A stretch of 64,000 nucleotides of DNA, taken from NCBI GenBank assembly GCA_965202665.1, contig OZ241841.1, positions 352,001-416,000 of the forward strand. The letters run 5' to 3'. Under the pieces are notes generated by a model. The model searched no databases. It was given only the letters and a program-made list of their open reading frames with translations, and was not told the origin of the DNA. The number at the start of each line of letters is the position of its first letter. Within the stretch, counting starts at the first letter, position 1. The translations under genes were made by a program, and so were the position numbers. This document shows, piece after piece, positions 59,553 to 64,000 of this stretch. This stretch comes from Candidatus Spongiisociaceae bacterium. Lineage in GTDB: Bacteria > Actinomycetota > Acidimicrobiia > Spongiisociales > Spongiisociaceae.

Positions 59553-60302
59553 CTACGCCCCCGCTACGGCCAGTTCTTTGGCCAAAGCCACGCAGGCCAG
59601 GGCGTCTTTGCCGTAGCCGTCAGCCCCCACATCCTCGCCGAATTCGGGAGTGACCGGGGCGCCGCCCACCATGAAACGAACTTGCTCCCGCAGTCCCTCG
59701 TCTTTGAAAGCCTCCACCGTTTTGGCCATGTTGGGCATGGTGGTGGTGAGCAGGGCGGACATTCCGATCACCATGGCGTTGTTCTCTTTGAAAGCGGCGA
59801 TGAACTCTTCCGGGGAGGTGTCCACCCCCAGGTCCACCACCGTGAAACCGCCCCCCCGCAACATCATTATGCACAGGTTTTTGCCTATGTCGTGCAGGTC
59901 GCCTTTGACGGTGCCCATGATCACCGTTCCAACCGGCTCGGAACCGGAGGCGGCCAGGATCGGCTCGATGTGGGCCATTCCGGCTTTCATCGCCCGGGCG
60001 CACACCAGCACCTCCGGCACGAAAATGAAACCTTCGCGGAATTTGATCCCTACGATCCCCATTCCGGCGATGAGGCCGTCGTCCATAATCTCCAAAGCCC
60101 CCACCCCGTTGTCCAAAGATTCCCGGGTCATCTCGTCCACCGCCTCGTTGTCGCCCATGATCAGGGCGGCGGCGATGTCCTGCATCTCCGGCGAGGCGGC
60201 CGCGAACAGTTCTATGTTGCGTTCGATCTCCTCCGGGTCATCGAGGAACTCCTCTATTTCCTCCCGGATGATTTCGCTTACGATATCGGAAAGTTGCGCC
60301 AT
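59553..60302 (-). CDS. Corrinoid (B12-binding) protein of a methyltransferase system
   Basis: GL-AGM-IVG-KF...FVPEVL, GTVKGDLHDIGKN, SALLTTT, VGGAP. Confidence 0.95.
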   Translation of the reverse strand: MAQLSDIVSEIIREEIEEFLDDPEEIERNIELFAAASPEMQDIAAALIMGDNEAVDEMTRESLDNGVGALEIMDDGLIAGMGIVGIKFREGFIFVPEVLVCARAMKAGMAHIEPILAASGSEPVGTVIMGTVKGDLHDIGKNLCIMMLRGGGFTVVDLGVDTSPEEFIAAFKENNAMVIGMSALLTTTMPNMAKTVEAFKDEGLREQVRFMVGGAPVTPEFGEDVGADGYGKDALACVALAKELAVAGA

Positions 60303-60345
60303 TGTCCCGTTCGGTTGCGTTGCTGCGGCCTGCTCGGCCCCACAT

Positions 60346-60365
60346 TACTGGAAACGTTTCCAGTA
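60346..60365. promoter_or_regulatory. Putative LacI-family operator, perfect 20-bp palindrome TACTGGAAACGTTTCCAGTA
   Basis: About 45 bp upstream of the corrinoid protein start; same core as the sites in the sugar cluster. Confidence 0.8.
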
Positions 60366-60427
60366 GGCAAGCCGCCGGCTAAAAAGGTGCTGCGGCCCCG
60401 CCTCGGAAAAGGGCCTCTTGCCGGGCT

Positions 60428-61546
60428 TTACCCTCCGTTGTGGGTTACAAAACGCCCGTCGGGACGGTGGGCGTTGGAATAGTCCCGGCAGGAGTCGGCC
60501 AAAGCCCGCAACACTTCCATTTTGGTGCCCAGCGGCACCGAACCCTCCGGGGCGATCCCCTGCACCCCCGCCTCCAGCACCGCCATACAGGCGTCGTAGG
60601 TGTCCTGGTAGGTGCCGCTGAACAGGGTGGTCGGGTTATTGATGTTGCCCATCAGGGACATGCGCCCGTCGGTGATGCTCATGGCCTTATACGGGTCCAC
60701 CTGCGATTCGAAGTGGAAGCAGTCCCATCCCGCTTCGGCGAAGTAGTCGATGCGGTCGGTGGTTTCCCCGCAACAGTGCAGGATGCCGGGCCCGCCCATC
60801 TCGGCGGAAATGTGCTGGTGCATTTCCAGCAGGAAATCCCGGTAGGTTTCGGGGCTGACCAACTCCCGGTTGGCGTGGTCGCACCACATCACCGCGTCCG
60901 CCCCCGCCTCGAACTGGGCGTGGGCCGACATCATGGAGGCGGGCAGCAGCACTTCCAGAAAACGGCGGATCTTGTCCGGCTCGGTGAGGGTGCCCATCAG
61001 CCAGTTCTCGATGCCCACCATATGGAACCCCACCGACCAGGCTCCGTACACCTTGCCCACGATGGCCACATCCGGATAACGTTTGCGCAACAGCCGGATG
61101 GCCCCCAGGACCGCCTGAAAAGAGCGCCTGTTCAGATAGTCGGAGGGGACTTTGAAATCCTCCGGGTCGGTCAGCACGTGGCTTTTAGTGGCGGGCCAGT
61201 TGTCCCGCTCCCCCCACCAGGTGTCGGCGTCCAAAGCGTCGGCTTCCAGCTGGGAGTGGAACACCGGCATAACCGTGTCCAAACCCAGGTTTTCGTGGGC
61301 GGTGGCGGCCAGGCGGGCCATTTTCTCCGCATCCAGATGGGCTTCGGGGAAGTCGGCGTCGGCGATGTCCATGGCCTCCAACGTCACCACCGAACTGAGG
61401 GTCATGGCCGGCACCTTGTCCACCCGCCCCCCGTACAGGGCCGACAGAAAGCGGCGGCGGGGGGTCATCCACTCCCCCGACAGCCGAGCCGTGCGGGGAG
61501 GTTCGGCCACCTCCGGTTTGCGCGCCTTGTCCCTGGTGTAAGCCAT
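60428..61546 (-). CDS. MtaA/CmuA-family methyltransferase (uroporphyrinogen decarboxylase fold)
   Basis: MTPRRRF, FPEAHLDAEKMARLA, EADAL, AGAD, ILHCCG, MGNINNP. Confidence 0.88.
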   Translation of the reverse strand: MAYTRDKARKPEVAEPPRTARLSGEWMTPRRRFLSALYGGRVDKVPAMTLSSVVTLEAMDIADADFPEAHLDAEKMARLAATAHENLGLDTVMPVFHSQLEADALDADTWWGERDNWPATKSHVLTDPEDFKVPSDYLNRRSFQAVLGAIRLLRKRYPDVAIVGKVYGAWSVGFHMVGIENWLMGTLTEPDKIRRFLEVLLPASMMSAHAQFEAGADAVMWCDHANRELVSPETYRDFLLEMHQHISAEMGGPGILHCCGETTDRIDYFAEAGWDCFHFESQVDPYKAMSITDGRMSLMGNINNPTTLFSGTYQDTYDACMAVLEAGVQGIAPEGSVPLGTKMEVLRALADSCRDYSNAHRPDGRFVTHNGG

Positions 61547-61557
61547 ACATCCCTTTC

Positions 61558-61573
61558 CTGGAAACGTTACCGG
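61558..61573. promoter_or_regulatory. Putative LacI-family operator CTGGAAACGTTACCGG
   Basis: Lies between a minus-strand extended -10 (TGGTATCCT, about 61580-61588) and the MtaA-like RBS. Confidence 0.7.
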
Positions 61574-61626
61574 AAATTAAGGATACCATCCCCCGCCGTC
61601 TTCCCCAAAGGACGGGGCCGAAAAAC

Positions 61627-61875
61627 CTATTCGGGCGGGGGCGGGTCCACCAGCAGGGTGACCGTGTTGTCCACGATCTGCATGAAACCCCCGGCGGCCG
61701 CCACTTTGATGCGGTCGGAGCCGGATTGGATTTCCACCTCCCCGGCGGCCAAGGCGGCCATCAACGGCTCATGATGGGCCAAAATCCCCATCTCCCCTTC
61801 CAGAGTGCGGGCCACCACGAACTCGGCCTCCCCCGACCACTGCACGGCCTCCGGCGAAACCACGTCCACCCGCAT
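61627..61875 (-). CDS. atpC: F0F1 ATP synthase epsilon subunit (short form)
   Basis: VVSPE...GEMGILAHH-P...GGF; follows atpD. Confidence 0.92.
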   Translation of the reverse strand: MRVDVVSPEAVQWSGEAEFVVARTLEGEMGILAHHEPLMAALAAGEVEIQSGSDRIKVAAAGGFMQIVDNTVTLLVDPPPPE

Positions 61876-61878
61876 CGG

Positions 61879-63294
<1,416 letters not shown>

Positions 63295-63326
63295 TTATTC
63301 TCCCGATCTGGCTTCGCTTGGTTCGT

Positions 63327-64000
63327 TCAGCTCGCGGAGAGGGCCTGCGCGCCCCCCACGATTTCGGCTATTTCGGTGGTGATCTCCGCCTGCCGGGCCT
63401 GGTTGGCCGTGCGTGTCAGCACCTTGATCAACTCGTCGGCGTTTTCGGTGGCGGCTTTCATCGCCCGTTGCCGGCTGGCGTGTTCGGAGGCGGAACTTTC
63501 CAACAGCCTGCCGAAGATGGAGGCCTCCACGTAGCGGGGCAGCAGGCGCCCCAGAATCAGCGCCGGGTCCGGCTCGTATTCGTAGGACACCGACGACTCC
63601 CCGACAGGGACGGGCCTCTCCCCCGTTGAATCGAACCCGGTCGGCCCGGCCGGGTCGTCCCCGGAGTCCACCGGCAACAGTTGAAAAAGGGCGGGCTGTT
63701 GCGTCAAAGCCGACTGGAACACCGTGTAGAAAACCTCCACCGCATCCACCGCGCCGCCCGCGTAATCCTCCATCACCCGGGCCGCGATCCCTTCGGCGTC
63801 GGCGAAACGGGGCTGGTCGGTCACCGCCAGGAAAGATTGGGCGATGTCGTAACGGCGGAAAGCGAAATAACTCTGGGCTTTTTTTCCCACCACGTACAGG
63901 CGCACCGCCGCCCCCCCGTCCCGCAGTTCCATGATGCGCCGTTCGGCCATGCGCATGATCGACGAATTGTAGGCCCCGGCCAGTCCCCGATCGGAGGTAA
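63327..64000 (-). CDS. atpG: F0F1 ATP synthase gamma subunit (5' end outside window)
   Basis: SDRGLAGAYN, SEHASRQRAMKAATENA, N-ARQAEITTEIAEIVGG. Confidence 0.97.
   Translation of the reverse strand, partial: TSDRGLAGAYNSSIMRMAERRIMELRDGGAAVRLYVVGKKAQSYFAFRRYDIAQSFLAVTDQPRFADAEGIAARVMEDYAGGAVDAVEVFYTVFQSALTQQPALFQLLPVDSGDDPAGPTGFDSTGERPVPVGESSVSYEYEPDPALILGRLLPRYVEASIFGRLLESSASEHASRQRAMKAATENADELIKVLTRTANQARQAEITTEIAEIVGGAQALSAS

Noticed and set aside
56462-61546. Methanogenesis or Wood-Ljungdahl pathway
   Set aside because: No CODH/ACS, CoFeSP subunits or mcr genes; bacterial context. Only a methyl-transfer module is supported.

Overview
High-GC bacterial chromosomal segment, probably actinobacterial (Acidimicrobiia-like Thr-rich lipoproteins; inference). 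The metabolic backbone is interrupted by several lower-GC inserts. Left to right: (1) 1-9.2 kb, a Liv-type ABC transporter, isochorismatase, lactonase and a 4-gene xanthine-dehydrogenase-family Mo-hydroxylase. (2) 9.2-13.9 kb, a coupled 4-gene island: PAPS-reductase-family protein, GHKL ATPase frameshifted at a G12 tract, and two unknowns. This is a candidate undescribed DNA-modification/defence system. (3) 14-20 kb, a decaying array of orphan Cys-motif lipoproteins and SLH/beta-propeller surface proteins. (4) 20-35 kb, a LacI-associated rare-sugar uptake and catabolism cluster. (5) 34.8-39 kb, a DUF1156 adenine methyltransferase broken by an ISL3 element (8-bp TSD) and a G15 tract. (6) 40-55.6 kb, a vWA lipoprotein, two pairs of paralogous uncharacterised enzymes, a mutarotase, an MTase-HNH + GmrSD insert and dehydrogenases. 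(7) 56.5-61.5 kb, a complete corrinoid-dependent methyltransferase module. (8) atpC, atpD and partial atpG. A LacI-type palindrome (consensus CTGGAAACGTTTCCAG) recurs upstream of both the sugar genes and the B12 methyltransferase genes, which suggests one regulon for a methylated sugar-like substrate. No rRNA, tRNA or CRISPR array was recognised. All calls come from motif reading; no database search was run.
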